From the IMG/VR virus record IMGVR_UViG_3300021225_000417, positions 1 to 61,549 of that record: 61,549 nucleotides of DNA; one strand, 5' to 3'. The first letter of the stretch is position 1. The number at the start of each line of letters is the position of its first letter. The position numbers were made by a program, and so were the translations under genes. Positions 1 through 8,038 of the stretch are shown piece after piece. The DNA comes from a virus. Lineage: Duplodnaviria; Caudoviricetes. The notes below the pieces were generated by a model. That model saw only the letters and a list, made by a program, of their open reading frames with translations, was not told the origin of the DNA and searched no databases.

Positions 1-20
1 GGTTCCGCCAAGGTTCCGCC
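1..20. repeat. Terminal direct repeat (left copy); probable circular assembly overlap
   Basis: ggttccgccaaggttccgcc at 1-20 is identical to 61530-61549. Confidence 0.9.
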
Positions 21-245
21 AGCGAAGGAGAGGCGGAACTACAAGTGATTGAAATAAAAAGCAAAGCGGAACTGCGGAACCACATTTGGCGGAACTGGCG
101 GAACCTAGTTCCGTTTTCCCAACAAAAACAACGTTGCGGAACTGCGGAACTTCCGGGGGGTTATACATTAAGTATAACACCCTGCGCTCGCGGCGCTCGC
201 GCTCCGCCGGAGGCTCCGCGCTCACGGCCGCTGCGCGCGCCCGTT
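1..245. repeat. Putative replication origin: GCGGAAC iteron-like repeats plus AT-rich palindrome
   Basis: GCGGAAC at ~33, 66, 74, 89, 98, 136, 144; inverted copies at 2 and 13; palindrome gttatac-attaa-gtataac at 160-178; directly downstream of the primase-helicase gene on the circle. Confidence 0.55.
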
Positions 246-316
246 GGCGTGCGGGGGATTGACTGGACAGGGGTTGCCTTGGTTTATTAGTGCAATTGAA
301 GTCGGAGAGGATTGAT

Positions 317-688
317 ATGGGCATGCGGGCGAAGGGGACGCGGCACGGCGTCGCGGATGTCAGGACGATTGGCGACAGGGAATACGTCGTTCGCGCGGAC
401 GAGCGGCCTTTGGCGAAGAAGGGCAGATGGGAACTTTCGGAGTTCACGAATTGGCGAGGCGCCGCGTGGGTGTCGCTGAAGTTGTTCGACACGCACGGTC
501 AGGCGAGGAAGCGGGTCTATCAGATTGGTTACAGCCTTGAGTGCCGGAGGCTTGCGATGAATGTCAATTCGTGCGCCTTGCGTGATCGTTACCCGGAAAT
601 TTTTGATTGGGTCCTGGAGACGATGCGGGAGCTGCACCAGTCCGGCGAGCTGGACACTCCCGCCGGCCGCGAGGATGTTGAGCGATGA
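317..688 (+). CDS. Hypothetical protein (paralog of 2234..2548)
   Basis: ATG at 317 after GGAGAGG; stop overlaps the next start (ATGA). Confidence 0.65.
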   Translation: MGMRAKGTRHGVADVRTIGDREYVVRADERPLAKKGRWELSEFTNWRGAAWVSLKLFDTHGQARKRVYQIGYSLECRRLAMNVNSCALRDRYPEIFDWVLETMRELHQSGELDTPAGREDVER

Positions 689-2232
689 CCCGCGGCGTTT
701 ACTACAACGAGTTCGACCCCCGCGCTGCGGCGTGGCTGCGCGCTTTGATCGAGCGGCGCCTGATCCCGGCGGGTGAAGTGGACACGCGATCGATCGCCGA
801 CGTTCAGCCGGATGATTTGCGCGGGTTCACGCAGCATCATTTTTTTGCGGGCATCGGCGGCTGGAGCCGGGCGCTTCAGCTCGCGGGGTGGCCGGAGGAT
901 CGGCCGATATGGACGGGCTCGTGCCCGTGTCAGCCATTCAGCGTGGCGGGAAAGAGAAAGGGGACAGCGGATGAAAGACATGTTTGGCCAGATTTCTTCC
1001 GGCTCATTGGCGAGTGCAGAACTGCAGTCGTCATTGGCGAACAGGTTGCGAGCAAGGCTGGGCGCGAGTGGCTCTCCGGAGTGTTCGCTGATCTGGAAGG
1101 AGTGGGCTATGCCGGGGCGGGAGCCGATCTGTGCGCTGCGGGCGTCGGCGCGCCGCACATCCGGCAGCGGCTCTACTGGGTCGGCGTGGCCGACGCCGAA
1201 GGCGTCGGACGGCGAGGGCGGGCGAACGTCGAAGACGAAGGGCGGAGGGAACAGCCATTTGCCGATCCACGCGAGGGAAGCGGCGACGTGGTCGACGCCG
1301 CGAGCCTCGGACGGCGAGAAGGGTGGTCCGAACATGAGCTTCGGGGCCGGGGGCCAGCCACTGCCGGCGCAAGCAGCGGCGACGTGGCCGACGCCGACGA
1401 CGCGCGATGGCAAGGACGGCAGCTTCTGCCCGAACGTCCCGACGAACGCTCTGCTTGGTCGAGCGGCGTGGAGTGGCGACGGGGCGCCGACGGCAAAGAG
1501 AGGCGCGTTGGATGCCAGATTTGTCGCATTTCTGATGGGCTTTCCCCAAGCATGGGTGAGAGCAGGAATGACTGTCGAGAAGAGGCGAAGGGGGAAATAA
1601 ATGGGTGGAAAGATCAAACAAGCTCCCGACAAGATTTGCCAGACCTGCGGAGTGTCGTTCAATCGGACGAGATTTACCAGCGGCGTTTTGGAGGACCTGA
1701 CTCGGTATATGGCACGGAAATTCTGCAGCATCAGTTGCGCGGGAACCCTTCCAAATGTGACGAAGCAGGCGCTTCATCAGCGGGCAAGGGAATTCCGCGG
1801 GGAGGAATGCGAGGCGTGTCACGCGACGGAGAGGCTGCACGTTCATCACGTCGACCACAACCCGAGCAACAACGATCCGTCGAACCTGAAGACGTTGTGC
1901 GCTTCTTGTCATTTGAAACTTCACTGGGCGACTGGAAAGAAGGCGTCGAAGAAGCAGTCGGCCTGCAAAATCTGTGGAGAGCCTGCGAGCAAGTTGGGCA
2001 TGTGCCAGAAACATTATCAGCGTTTCCGAAAATATGGAGATCCATGCCTTACGAAACGCGGCAATGGATTGGGCGTATACTTTGTGAGGGAGGACTTGTC
2101 TGGCAATCTATCCCGCTGCTCACAACTAATCAGCCCAATCGAATAATGCTTTTGCGGGGCTTCGGTAACGCCGTCGTCCCGCCGCTCGCGGCCGAAGTAA
2201 TCAAGGCGCTCATGGACATTCTGGATCATTGA
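685..2232 (+). CDS. C5 DNA cytosine methyltransferase, alpha polypeptide (M.EcoHK31I-type)
   Basis: Motif I FFAGIGGW, IV GSCPCQPFS, VI GEQV, VIII PHIRQRLYW, X LRGFGNAVVP; motif IX absent from this frame. Confidence 0.9.
   Translation: MTRGVYYNEFDPRAAAWLRALIERRLIPAGEVDTRSIADVQPDDLRGFTQHHFFAGIGGWSRALQLAGWPEDRPIWTGSCPCQPFSVAGKRKGTADERHVWPDFFRLIGECRTAVVIGEQVASKAGREWLSGVFADLEGVGYAGAGADLCAAGVGAPHIRQRLYWVGVADAEGVGRRGRANVEDEGRREQPFADPREGSGDVVDAASLGRREGWSEHELRGRGPATAGASSGDVADADDARWQGRQLLPERPDERSAWSSGVEWRRGADGKERRVGCQICRISDGLSPSMGESRNDCREEAKGEINGWKDQTSSRQDLPDLRSVVQSDEIYQRRFGGPDSVYGTEILQHQLRGNPSKCDEAGASSAGKGIPRGGMRGVSRDGEAARSSRRPQPEQQRSVEPEDVVRFLSFETSLGDWKEGVEEAVGLQNLWRACEQVGHVPETLSAFPKIWRSMPYETRQWIGRILCEGGLVWQSIPLLTTNQPNRIMLLRGFGNAVVPPLAAEVIKALMDILDH
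971..1600 (+). CDS. C5 methyltransferase beta polypeptide (TRD + motif IX), nested in an alternative frame
   Basis: ATG 971 after AAGGGG; WPTP/WSTP/WPTP repeats; LDARFVAFLMGFPQAW resembles motif IX. Confidence 0.8.
   Translation: MKDMFGQISSGSLASAELQSSLANRLRARLGASGSPECSLIWKEWAMPGREPICALRASARRTSGSGSTGSAWPTPKASDGEGGRTSKTKGGGNSHLPIHAREAATWSTPRASDGEKGGPNMSFGAGGQPLPAQAAATWPTPTTRDGKDGSFCPNVPTNALLGRAAWSGDGAPTAKRGALDARFVAFLMGFPQAWVRAGMTVEKRRRGK
1601..2146 (+). CDS. HNH endonuclease nested within the methyltransferase alpha gene
   Basis: CEAC..LHVHHVDHNPSNNDPSNLKTLCASCH HNH motif; flanking Cys-rich Zn modules; GAAGGGGG upstream; starts immediately after the beta stop. Confidence 0.85.
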   Translation: MGGKIKQAPDKICQTCGVSFNRTRFTSGVLEDLTRYMARKFCSISCAGTLPNVTKQALHQRAREFRGEECEACHATERLHVHHVDHNPSNNDPSNLKTLCASCHLKLHWATGKKASKKQSACKICGEPASKLGMCQKHYQRFRKYGDPCLTKRGNGLGVYFVREDLSGNLSRCSQLISPIE

Positions 2233-2233
2233 C

Positions 2234-2548
2234 ATGCCAAATCGTGAAATTGCGCGCATGGGCGGCGTTGGAGTTTACCGAACTCCGCAGCCGCCGGCTG
2301 GCGCCAGAAAGTGGGTGAACTTTTGGGTTGTTGGATATCGAACTTATCCGGATGATTTTGGCGTTGAGGGGAGGCAGAAAATAAAATTCATGATTGGATG
2401 GAGCCTGACGGACTGGAAGCATTCGAAGACCGACGGATGGAAATGGATATTGCAAAAAGACCCGGTCTTCGCAAAATGGCTGCTTGATAATATCGAAATG
2501 GAGATGAGACAAAATGGCCCTGCACGAGCAATCAGTCGGGAAGACTGA
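2234..2548 (+). CDS. Hypothetical protein (paralog of 317..688)
   Basis: Tightly packed operon ORF sharing the WV..K..IG(W/Y)SL..P..F..W.L pattern. Confidence 0.6.
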   Translation: MPNREIARMGGVGVYRTPQPPAGARKWVNFWVVGYRTYPDDFGVEGRQKIKFMIGWSLTDWKHSKTDGWKWILQKDPVFAKWLLDNIEMEMRQNGPARAISRED

Positions 2549-3005
2549 CGAGTGGTATACGCCGAAATATATTTTCGACGCATTGGATTGTGAGTTCGAC
2601 ATGGACGTCGCGTCGCCTGAAGACAGAACGCATTGTTGCGTGCCGGCGAAGAAATTCATTGTGCGAGACAGCCTTATTGTCAGATGGAGCGGTTTTGTCT
2701 GGATGAACCCGCCATTTGGCGCACGAAACATGTTGCACTTTTGGCTGGATAAATTTTTTCACCATCACAACGGGATTGCTCTTGTTCCCGACAGAACGTC
2801 TGCGCCGTGGTGGCAGAGGCATGCGCCAAAGTCTGATGCCGTTCTTTTTGTTGCAAAGAAAATAAAATTCATTGGGGCCGATGGCGTCCCCGGAAAGTCT
2901 CCCGCGCAAGGGACTTGTCTCCTCGCGTCTGGAGAGCGGGCCACTGAAGCGCTTCGGCGAGCCGAGGCAAAAAGCCTCGGAGTTTTATTCAAAAATTACT
3001 ATTGA
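2514..3005 (+). CDS. Phage DNA N6-adenine methyltransferase (Dam-like phage family)
   Basis: DEWYTP, FDMDVAS and catalytic WMNPPF motifs. Confidence 0.85.
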   Translation: MALHEQSVGKTDEWYTPKYIFDALDCEFDMDVASPEDRTHCCVPAKKFIVRDSLIVRWSGFVWMNPPFGARNMLHFWLDKFFHHHNGIALVPDRTSAPWWQRHAPKSDAVLFVAKKIKFIGADGVPGKSPAQGTCLLASGERATEALRRAEAKSLGVLFKNYY

Positions 3006-3022
3006 AATGGAGATGATAAAAA

Positions 3023-3715
3023 ATGGCTCGCAGACCAACAGCGAAACTGCCGAAGGCTGACAAAGGCGTCGCGGTGACGACGCCAACAATTCCGTGGATG
3101 CAGACGCCCGGCATGTATCTCTCCGGGAGGTCATTTCTTGATGAGGCCGACGCGATAGAGGTCGAGATGGAGCTGAAGTGGGGCCGCGATCGGTTGCGGC
3201 TCCTCGTGTCGCAGGAGTTGCGTGAGAAGTTTGATCGGCAGCGATATCTCACCGCGCAGGCTCGGTGGTCGGGCGATCTCGAAGACGTCCGGCGCGAGGC
3301 GAAGCGCATGGCGACGGCGTGGCGCGCGCTCGACAAGGCTGCGGCCGCCGCCGGCGCCAATGAGCTGGACCCTGAGATCTGGGAGGTGACGCTGCATGAC
3401 GGCACGGTCGCCACGATCGTGAAGGACCCGACGTTCCTGTCGCGCGTCGTCGCCGACGGGCGCAAAATCAACGCCTACACGCTCGACGAGATCGCGAATA
3501 TGATTTCGGCGTTCCCCGAAATATGCAAGGCGAAGGCGGAATTCCCCGGGGCGGCGGTGACGCGCACAAAGACGCGCGTCGACGACCCTCTGCAAACCCC
3601 GCTCGGAGACAGCCCGGAAGGCATTCACGAGGCGACGCCGCCAATCGACGGCGTCGAGGGCTTTCGGGGAGAGGTCAGCCCCAAATCAATGCTCAATGAC
3701 GACATAGGATTTTGA
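3023..3715 (+). CDS. Hypothetical phage protein
   Basis: 230 aa ORF, GGAG RBS, host-like GC3 codon usage. Confidence 0.75.
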   Translation: MARRPTAKLPKADKGVAVTTPTIPWMQTPGMYLSGRSFLDEADAIEVEMELKWGRDRLRLLVSQELREKFDRQRYLTAQARWSGDLEDVRREAKRMATAWRALDKAAAAAGANELDPEIWEVTLHDGTVATIVKDPTFLSRVVADGRKINAYTLDEIANMISAFPEICKAKAEFPGAAVTRTKTRVDDPLQTPLGDSPEGIHEATPPIDGVEGFRGEVSPKSMLNDDIGF

Positions 3716-3716
3716 T

Positions 3717-4157
3717 ATGAACGGACGCACATTTTTCAGCAAGAGACGACAGCGCTGGCACGCCGAGATGCGCAGCCAAGGGAAGCGCATTCACCTCGGG
3801 TCGTATCAGTCGCGCCCCGAGGCGGAGGCCGCTCTGGCGGTCTCAATGCGGGACGCGGAGAGCGCGCGGGCCATGCTCCGCACCGGCGGGGAGAGCCTAT
3901 CGGAAGACGAGCTGCTGCGCGCGGAGCCGATCAGGCTGTCCCTCCACGGCGGCGGCGAGCTTGTGATTGATCGCGTCTCGAAAATCATCCCGGCGCACGC
4001 GCGCCTGTGCGCCAACACGCCGGTCGAGGCCACGATCCCGGATTACGGGGAGCGGCGCAGCGCCTTCGCCGGCAAAAGGATGATCGTCATGTCGCTGCCG
4101 CGCGTTCGGTTTTTGGAGAAGCCAGACCCCTTGGCTGCGGAAGCCCCCGCAGGCTGA
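3717..4157 (+). CDS. Protein with an N-terminal AP2-like DNA-binding domain
   Basis: FSKRRQRWHAEMRSQGKRIHLGSYQSRPEAEAA fits the AP2 pattern W.A......LG.Y....EA. Confidence 0.6.
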   Translation: MNGRTFFSKRRQRWHAEMRSQGKRIHLGSYQSRPEAEAALAVSMRDAESARAMLRTGGESLSEDELLRAEPIRLSLHGGGELVIDRVSKIIPAHARLCANTPVEATIPDYGERRSAFAGKRMIVMSLPRVRFLEKPDPLAAEAPAG

Positions 4158-4187
4158 CGGGCGCGGGGCACCTGTAAGCGAAACAAC

Positions 4188-4223
4188 AAAAAAGGCCCGG
4201 AGGTAGCTCTCCGGGCCTTTTTT
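4188..4223. terminator. Bidirectional intrinsic terminator
   Basis: aaaaaaggcccggag-gtagct-ctccgggcctttttt between convergent gene blocks. Confidence 0.9.
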
Positions 4224-4245
4224 GCGTCAGCGGGCTTTGGTATGG

Positions 4246-4482
4246 TCAAGTCTGAGCGTCCGCCTCCTGACGAAGCTCTGACATGACCGCGTCGACCAGC
4301 CAGTCCCGGTTGATTTTTCCGTCGCGAAGGCCGATCAGGATGGCCGCCATAGGCCGCGGCACCGGCGCCCGGCCAGACAGCCAGGAACGCACCTGACGAT
4401 CCGTGCAGCCGGCGATCACGCCGACGTCGCTGGAGTTCAGGTTGAGTTCCTTCATCACTTCGCGCAGGAGGTCAGGCGCCAT
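4246..4482 (-). CDS. Small HTH (XRE-like) DNA-binding protein
   Basis: LNLNSSDVGVIAGCTDRQVRSWLSG..PVP helix-turn-helix pattern. Confidence 0.65.
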   Translation of the reverse strand: MAPDLLREVMKELNLNSSDVGVIAGCTDRQVRSWLSGRAPVPRPMAAILIGLRDGKINRDWLVDAVMSELRQEADAQT

Positions 4483-4666
4483 TTTTGTCTTCCTCGCTCA
4501 ACAGAGCGTTCCTGACAGTCCGAATGGCTTCCGCCACGCGACCCTGATTTACTTCGAAGAGGGCCGCGAGATCGTGCTGCGCGATGCCCATAATCTCATA
4601 GGCGTAAACGACTTTGATTTTTTCGCGAATTGTCAGGGCGCTTTTATGTTCATGCTCGCGTTTCAT
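4472..4666 (-). CDS. Small HTH protein
   Basis: GIAQHDLAALFEVNQGRVAEAI HTH pattern; AAAGGGG RBS. Confidence 0.65.
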   Translation of the reverse strand: MKREHEHKSALTIREKIKVVYAYEIMGIAQHDLAALFEVNQGRVAEAIRTVRNALLSEEDKNGA

Positions 4667-4950
4667 TTTTATCCCTTTCCTTTGACACGCGCGAAGTCCG
4701 CGCGGCGATCGCCATGATGACGTCTCTTTCTGTCCAGTGATCCGCGACGTTGGATGCGTCGCGTCCGACGTAGTCGCAATACATTTTCCAGAGTTCTGGA
4801 TTGACCGCGTGGCACGGCTCCAGCCTGCCGATTGGCGCTCCTGATATCACTCTTTGTCCCTCCACTCCGTCATGAGCAGGATGATCGCGGCGGCAATTAA
4901 ACCGCCGACACCAAGAACCCCAAACGCGACCAGAATTGACGCGATGTCGC

Positions 4951-5604
4951 TCATTCCGCGCTCCTTTGGCTCCACGACGGCGTCGCGGTTTTATTTCTCT
5001 TGCCTCCAAAGTCAGTTCTCATTGGCATGATCAGGGCTACATAGTCCCAGTAATTATCTATATCTTCCGCGCCGAGAAGCGACCCAAAATTAATAATGGC
5101 CGGGCCAGATCCGTTGTGATGTATCACTGGGGGCTCTGCCCCCGAAGCCCCCAGCAGCCTTCCTATCTTCCTGAAAGACGCGAGATAGTCTGCATTAAAT
5201 TGCGCAAGCTCTCCGCTTGTTTCATGCGGGACTACACTACGCCAGTTTGGATACTCGCTTTTTATTGAAGGAAAAGACGTTGTGACGCCATTGCCGCTTT
5301 TGACGTGCGTCATGGAGAAGTTTCCTTCGCCTTTTTCTTCAAAAATTGCCTTATAGCACTTTGCTGTTGGCTTGAGTGCAGAGACAGCCCAATACGGAAT
5401 AATCACATTTATTTCTTTGGGATCAGCTCCCTCCAGCCATTGCGCGTCTTCTCTGAAGGCGACGAGGCGATGACCATCTGCTGCGACATAAATCACATGA
5501 TCTGGCGTTATTTCAAGAAATACCCCCTGAAGATAGGGTCGCGTTTCTTCTTTCCCCGCGACCATGTTTGCGGCTTTCAAGAGCATTGTGTTGAGCGTTA
5601 TCAT
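4951..5604 (-). CDS. DNA polymerase III beta-clamp-like protein (about two domains)
   Basis: ETRPYLQGV, VAADGHRL, YPNWRSVVP, FNADYL and IMPMR match DnaN signature segments. Confidence 0.75.
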   Translation of the reverse strand: MITLNTMLLKAANMVAGKEETRPYLQGVFLEITPDHVIYVAADGHRLVAFREDAQWLEGADPKEINVIIPYWAVSALKPTAKCYKAIFEEKGEGNFSMTHVKSGNGVTTSFPSIKSEYPNWRSVVPHETSGELAQFNADYLASFRKIGRLLGASGAEPPVIHHNGSGPAIINFGSLLGAEDIDNYWDYVALIMPMRTDFGGKRNKTATPSWSQRSAE

Positions 5605-5615
5605 TTTATTTTCCC

Positions 5616-5879
5616 TCAGTGATCCATGACGAACCAGCCGTATGCCGGGTTAAGAATGCGGAAGCCTTGCAGATATAAGTCGGCGGCCAGATTGCGCGCG
5701 GGGCGGTGGTCGACAGCTATCTTTCCGCCGACATGCTGCCAGTCTTCTGCGACGATGTTCTCGGCGAAGAATTCAATGGCCGCGTCAGACACGGGCTCGA
5801 ACATCCACACGGTCGCGAAGCCTTCGGCGTGGACAAGTATGTCGGCGTCAGCGGCATTGGGTTTTGATACAGACATCAA
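5616..5879 (-). CDS. Hypothetical protein
   Basis: GAGGAGG RBS; overlapping stop/start in the leftward operon. Confidence 0.65.
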   Translation of the reverse strand: MMSVSKPNAADADILVHAEGFATVWMFEPVSDAAIEFFAENIVAEDWQHVGGKIAVDHRPARNLAADLYLQGFRILNPAYGWFVMDH

Positions 5880-6076
5880 TATTCCTCCTCATTAACTCTT
5901 TCAGGTCCGTCGCAGCCATTTCCGCGTCGGTATTGAGCAACGCGCGTGCGCTCCAGCGCGGCGCCCGTTACGCCGCGTCGAATGATTTCATTTTCTGCGC
6001 TCTTGCGGGTTTTGTATATGCCGTCCCAAACGATGTAGAAACCACGCCCGACGCGCTCTTCGATCTTGTAGAACAT
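5876..6076 (-). CDS. Hypothetical protein
   Basis: MFYKIEERVG ORF in the leftward operon, GAGG upstream. Confidence 0.5.
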   Translation of the reverse strand: MFYKIEERVGRGFYIVWDGIYKTRKSAENEIIRRGVTGAALERTRVAQYRRGNGCDGPERVNEEEY

Positions 6077-6090
6077 CCGCGCCTCGTTGA

Positions 6091-6378
6091 TCAGTAGTCC
6101 CTGCCACGCGCGCGCAAGCATTCTGCGGCTCGGTGCAGTATCTTCCCAAAAGCCAAGAGGTTTTCGTCATCGGCCTGAAAAACAATACCAAGGATGTAAT
6201 CTTCGTCGCCTGTTGTTTTCCCAAAAACAGAAGGTCGAAATTTCCATTCGTCCGGAACGGGAAAATCCCGTTCAAAGTGTATTTCTTCTGCAACGACAAA
6301 GAGCCACGACATGACGTGTCCCCAGTCGTCGCCGTCATTCGTTAAACGGAACGCTAGTTTAAGGTCCTTAAGGTCCAT
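6091..6378 (-). CDS. Hypothetical protein
   Basis: GGGAGGGG RBS. Confidence 0.65.
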   Translation of the reverse strand: MDLKDLKLAFRLTNDGDDWGHVMSWLFVVAEEIHFERDFPVPDEWKFRPSVFGKTTGDEDYILGIVFQADDENLLAFGKILHRAAECLRARGRDY

Positions 6379-6394
6379 GATCCCCTCCCGCTTG

Positions 6395-6883
6395 TTACAC
6401 GCGTTGCCCGATCACGCCCCACGGCGCTTTCACCGCGCTCTTGATCGGGTTGGTTCCCGCCGCGTCAGCAATCAATGCGTCGCCCAGAGGGATTGCCGCC
6501 TGCGAGCCTTCGTCGGGATTGGCGACCCACCACTGACCCTCGGTCCAGACGTAGGTGAATTCAGTCCAGCAATCGGCCTCCGGCCACACGCCGGCGAGCG
6601 TGTCGGCAACAACGCCGTCGGTGTCTTTCTCGCCGCGGTCTCGACCGTAATAGACGCAATAGCCGGGAATGCTGTTATCGAAGTTGTGGCCCTTTGGCTT
6701 TGTGCATTTCGGCGCCAGTGACGACAAATCACCATGTTTGACGAGCGCCTCCGCCCTTTTCTGCGAATTGTAATGGTCCTGCAGGATGCGGCCGTTGTGT
6801 GAGAGGTATCCATCCCAGTGGCAGTAAATCCGCTTCCATTGGCCACCGGAGAGTTGGACGATGATGTCAGAGCGCGTTCCCAT
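6395..6883 (-). CDS. Conserved phage hypothetical protein (YCHWDGY family)
   Basis: MGTRS..IYCHWDGYLSHNGRILQDHY..YYGRDRGE..EFTYVW pattern, typical of a widespread phage early protein. Confidence 0.75.
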   Translation of the reverse strand: MGTRSDIIVQLSGGQWKRIYCHWDGYLSHNGRILQDHYNSQKRAEALVKHGDLSSLAPKCTKPKGHNFDNSIPGYCVYYGRDRGEKDTDGVVADTLAGVWPEADCWTEFTYVWTEGQWWVANPDEGSQAAIPLGDALIADAAGTNPIKSAVKAPWGVIGQRV

Positions 6884-6945
6884 GATGATTAATCCCCATA
6901 TGACATTTCGAGAGAAGTGTGGGCCGCCGCAGCGGCCCATCAACG

Positions 6946-7227
6946 TTACGCGGCTACCGGAACTTTTGCCTTGACGCGGACGGTCGTGATCAGGGTCGTC
7001 GAGGAAGCCTCGGCGATCTGGGCCGGGGTCAGGATCGCCTTGACCTTCTTCTGGTCGAGCGACGAGCGTTCCGACAGGGCGACGGTGACGACGCAGAAGT
7101 TGCCGACGACTTCCTCGACGCCGAGGTCGAGGATCGCCTTCTTGGCGACGTCGAGTTCCCTGGTCAGAGCATCAATCTCGTGCTTGAGGGAAGCGTATCG
7201 GTCGGCAAGATCAGCAAGGTTGGACAT
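6946..7227 (-). CDS. Hypothetical coiled-coil phage protein
   Basis: ATGGAGATTGACATG RBS/start; promoter directly upstream. Confidence 0.75.
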   Translation of the reverse strand: MSNLADLADRYASLKHEIDALTRELDVAKKAILDLGVEEVVGNFCVVTVALSERSSLDQKKVKAILTPAQIAEASSTTLITTVRVKAKVPVAA

Positions 7228-7274
7228 GTCAATCTCCATTTCAATCAGTGTGGGCAGCGCCTGCCCATGAACAG

Positions 7275-7327
7275 ACACTACTATGGAACTTTCTTCCGTG
7301 CAAGCGTTATTTGGAAGATAGTTCCAT
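7275..7327 (-). promoter_or_regulatory. Sigma70-like promoter with two GGAA-N5-TTCC operator-like sites
   Basis: TTGCAC-17 nt-TAGTGT on the minus strand; GGAACTTTCTTCC at 7285-7297 and GGAAGATAGTTCC at 7313-7325. Confidence 0.55.
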
Positions 7328-7564
7328 TTTTTTCGCCCACCACGGATCGTATGCAAACGGGATCTGACACCAGAGCCCGGAGCCGTCATCCGCCGAGAAC
7401 AGCTCCGGGCGGTTGACCAGCCTCTTGTCGTCCAGCATTTCGCGCATGACGCGCCGCGAAGCCGGATCGACTTTCACGTAGAGGTCGCTTTCGTGATGCG
7501 CCATTCGGCATCCGGCGAACTTCAGTGTCTCGTAGACGCTGCATTCAAGTTCCATATTCACCAC
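7307..7564 (-). CDS. Hypothetical protein
   Basis: HESDLYV..IPFAYDPWW pattern seen in small phage/plasmid proteins. Confidence 0.6.
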   Translation of the reverse strand: MVNMELECSVYETLKFAGCRMAHHESDLYVKVDPASRRVMREMLDDKRLVNRPELFSADDGSGLWCQIPFAYDPWWAKKMELSSK

Positions 7565-7776
7565 CCCATTGTTATGTCCGGGCGCTCAAGCCACGCCACA
7601 CGCGGCAACGTCACCGGCTCCTCAGAAAGATACCTGCGATGCTGCGCGAAGATCAGCTTTCTACGAAGCTCGGCGCTGTATTCGCTATCAACCTGCGCCC
7701 TCTTCATCTTGCGATGGATCGCAGCTTTGCCATTAGGGTCCGCAGAATAATCGCATTTCAATTTTATGTGTTGCAT
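7558..7776 (-). CDS. Hypothetical protein
   Basis: Operon ORF; C-terminal VTLPRVAWLERPD resembles MSLPRVRFLEKPD of 3717..4157. Confidence 0.55.
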   Translation of the reverse strand: MQHIKLKCDYSADPNGKAAIHRKMKRAQVDSEYSAELRRKLIFAQHRRYLSEEPVTLPRVAWLERPDITMGW

Positions 7777-7786
7777 AGCCTTTTCC

Positions 7787-8005
7787 TCACGCCGCTTTCA
7801 TCTTGGTGTAAATATCATTCACGCCTCTCAGGAATTCATAGAATTCTCCCTCTTCCATTTTATGCCTGAGAGCTATCAGAGCGACGTCAAGCTTGCGGCC
7901 AACGACGTGATCTTGCGGAACCGTTCCCGCGAGAAGTATGCATGCCTGCCGCAGCCGATCCTCTGACATGCCTGCGTATCGATATTGCGCATTTTGATTG
8001 TTCAT
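7787..8005 (-). CDS. Hypothetical protein
   Basis: GGAG RBS; operon position. Confidence 0.55.
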   Translation of the reverse strand: MNNQNAQYRYAGMSEDRLRQACILLAGTVPQDHVVGRKLDVALIALRHKMEEGEFYEFLRGVNDIYTKMKAA

Positions 8006-8038
8006 ATCAATTCACTCCGATTTTTACTTCCGCCACGG

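Noticed and set aside
1-160. Short repeats as a CRISPR array
   Set aside because: Units are 7-9 nt with irregular spacing, no 25-40 nt repeat-spacer pattern and no cas operon; the PD-(D/E)XK gene at 53419 is an ordinary phage exonuclease.
773-970. GTG 773 as the start of the beta methyltransferase chain, or a frameshift/pseudogene reading of the locus
   Set aside because: The beta-like sequence begins near ATG 971, which has an RBS; the alpha frame is intact through motif X, so no frameshift is needed.
1601-2146. Group I intron or intein housing the HNH
   Set aside because: No non-coding flanks for a ribozyme core; no intein C/S...HN splice motifs; the HNH is in a different frame from the host protein.
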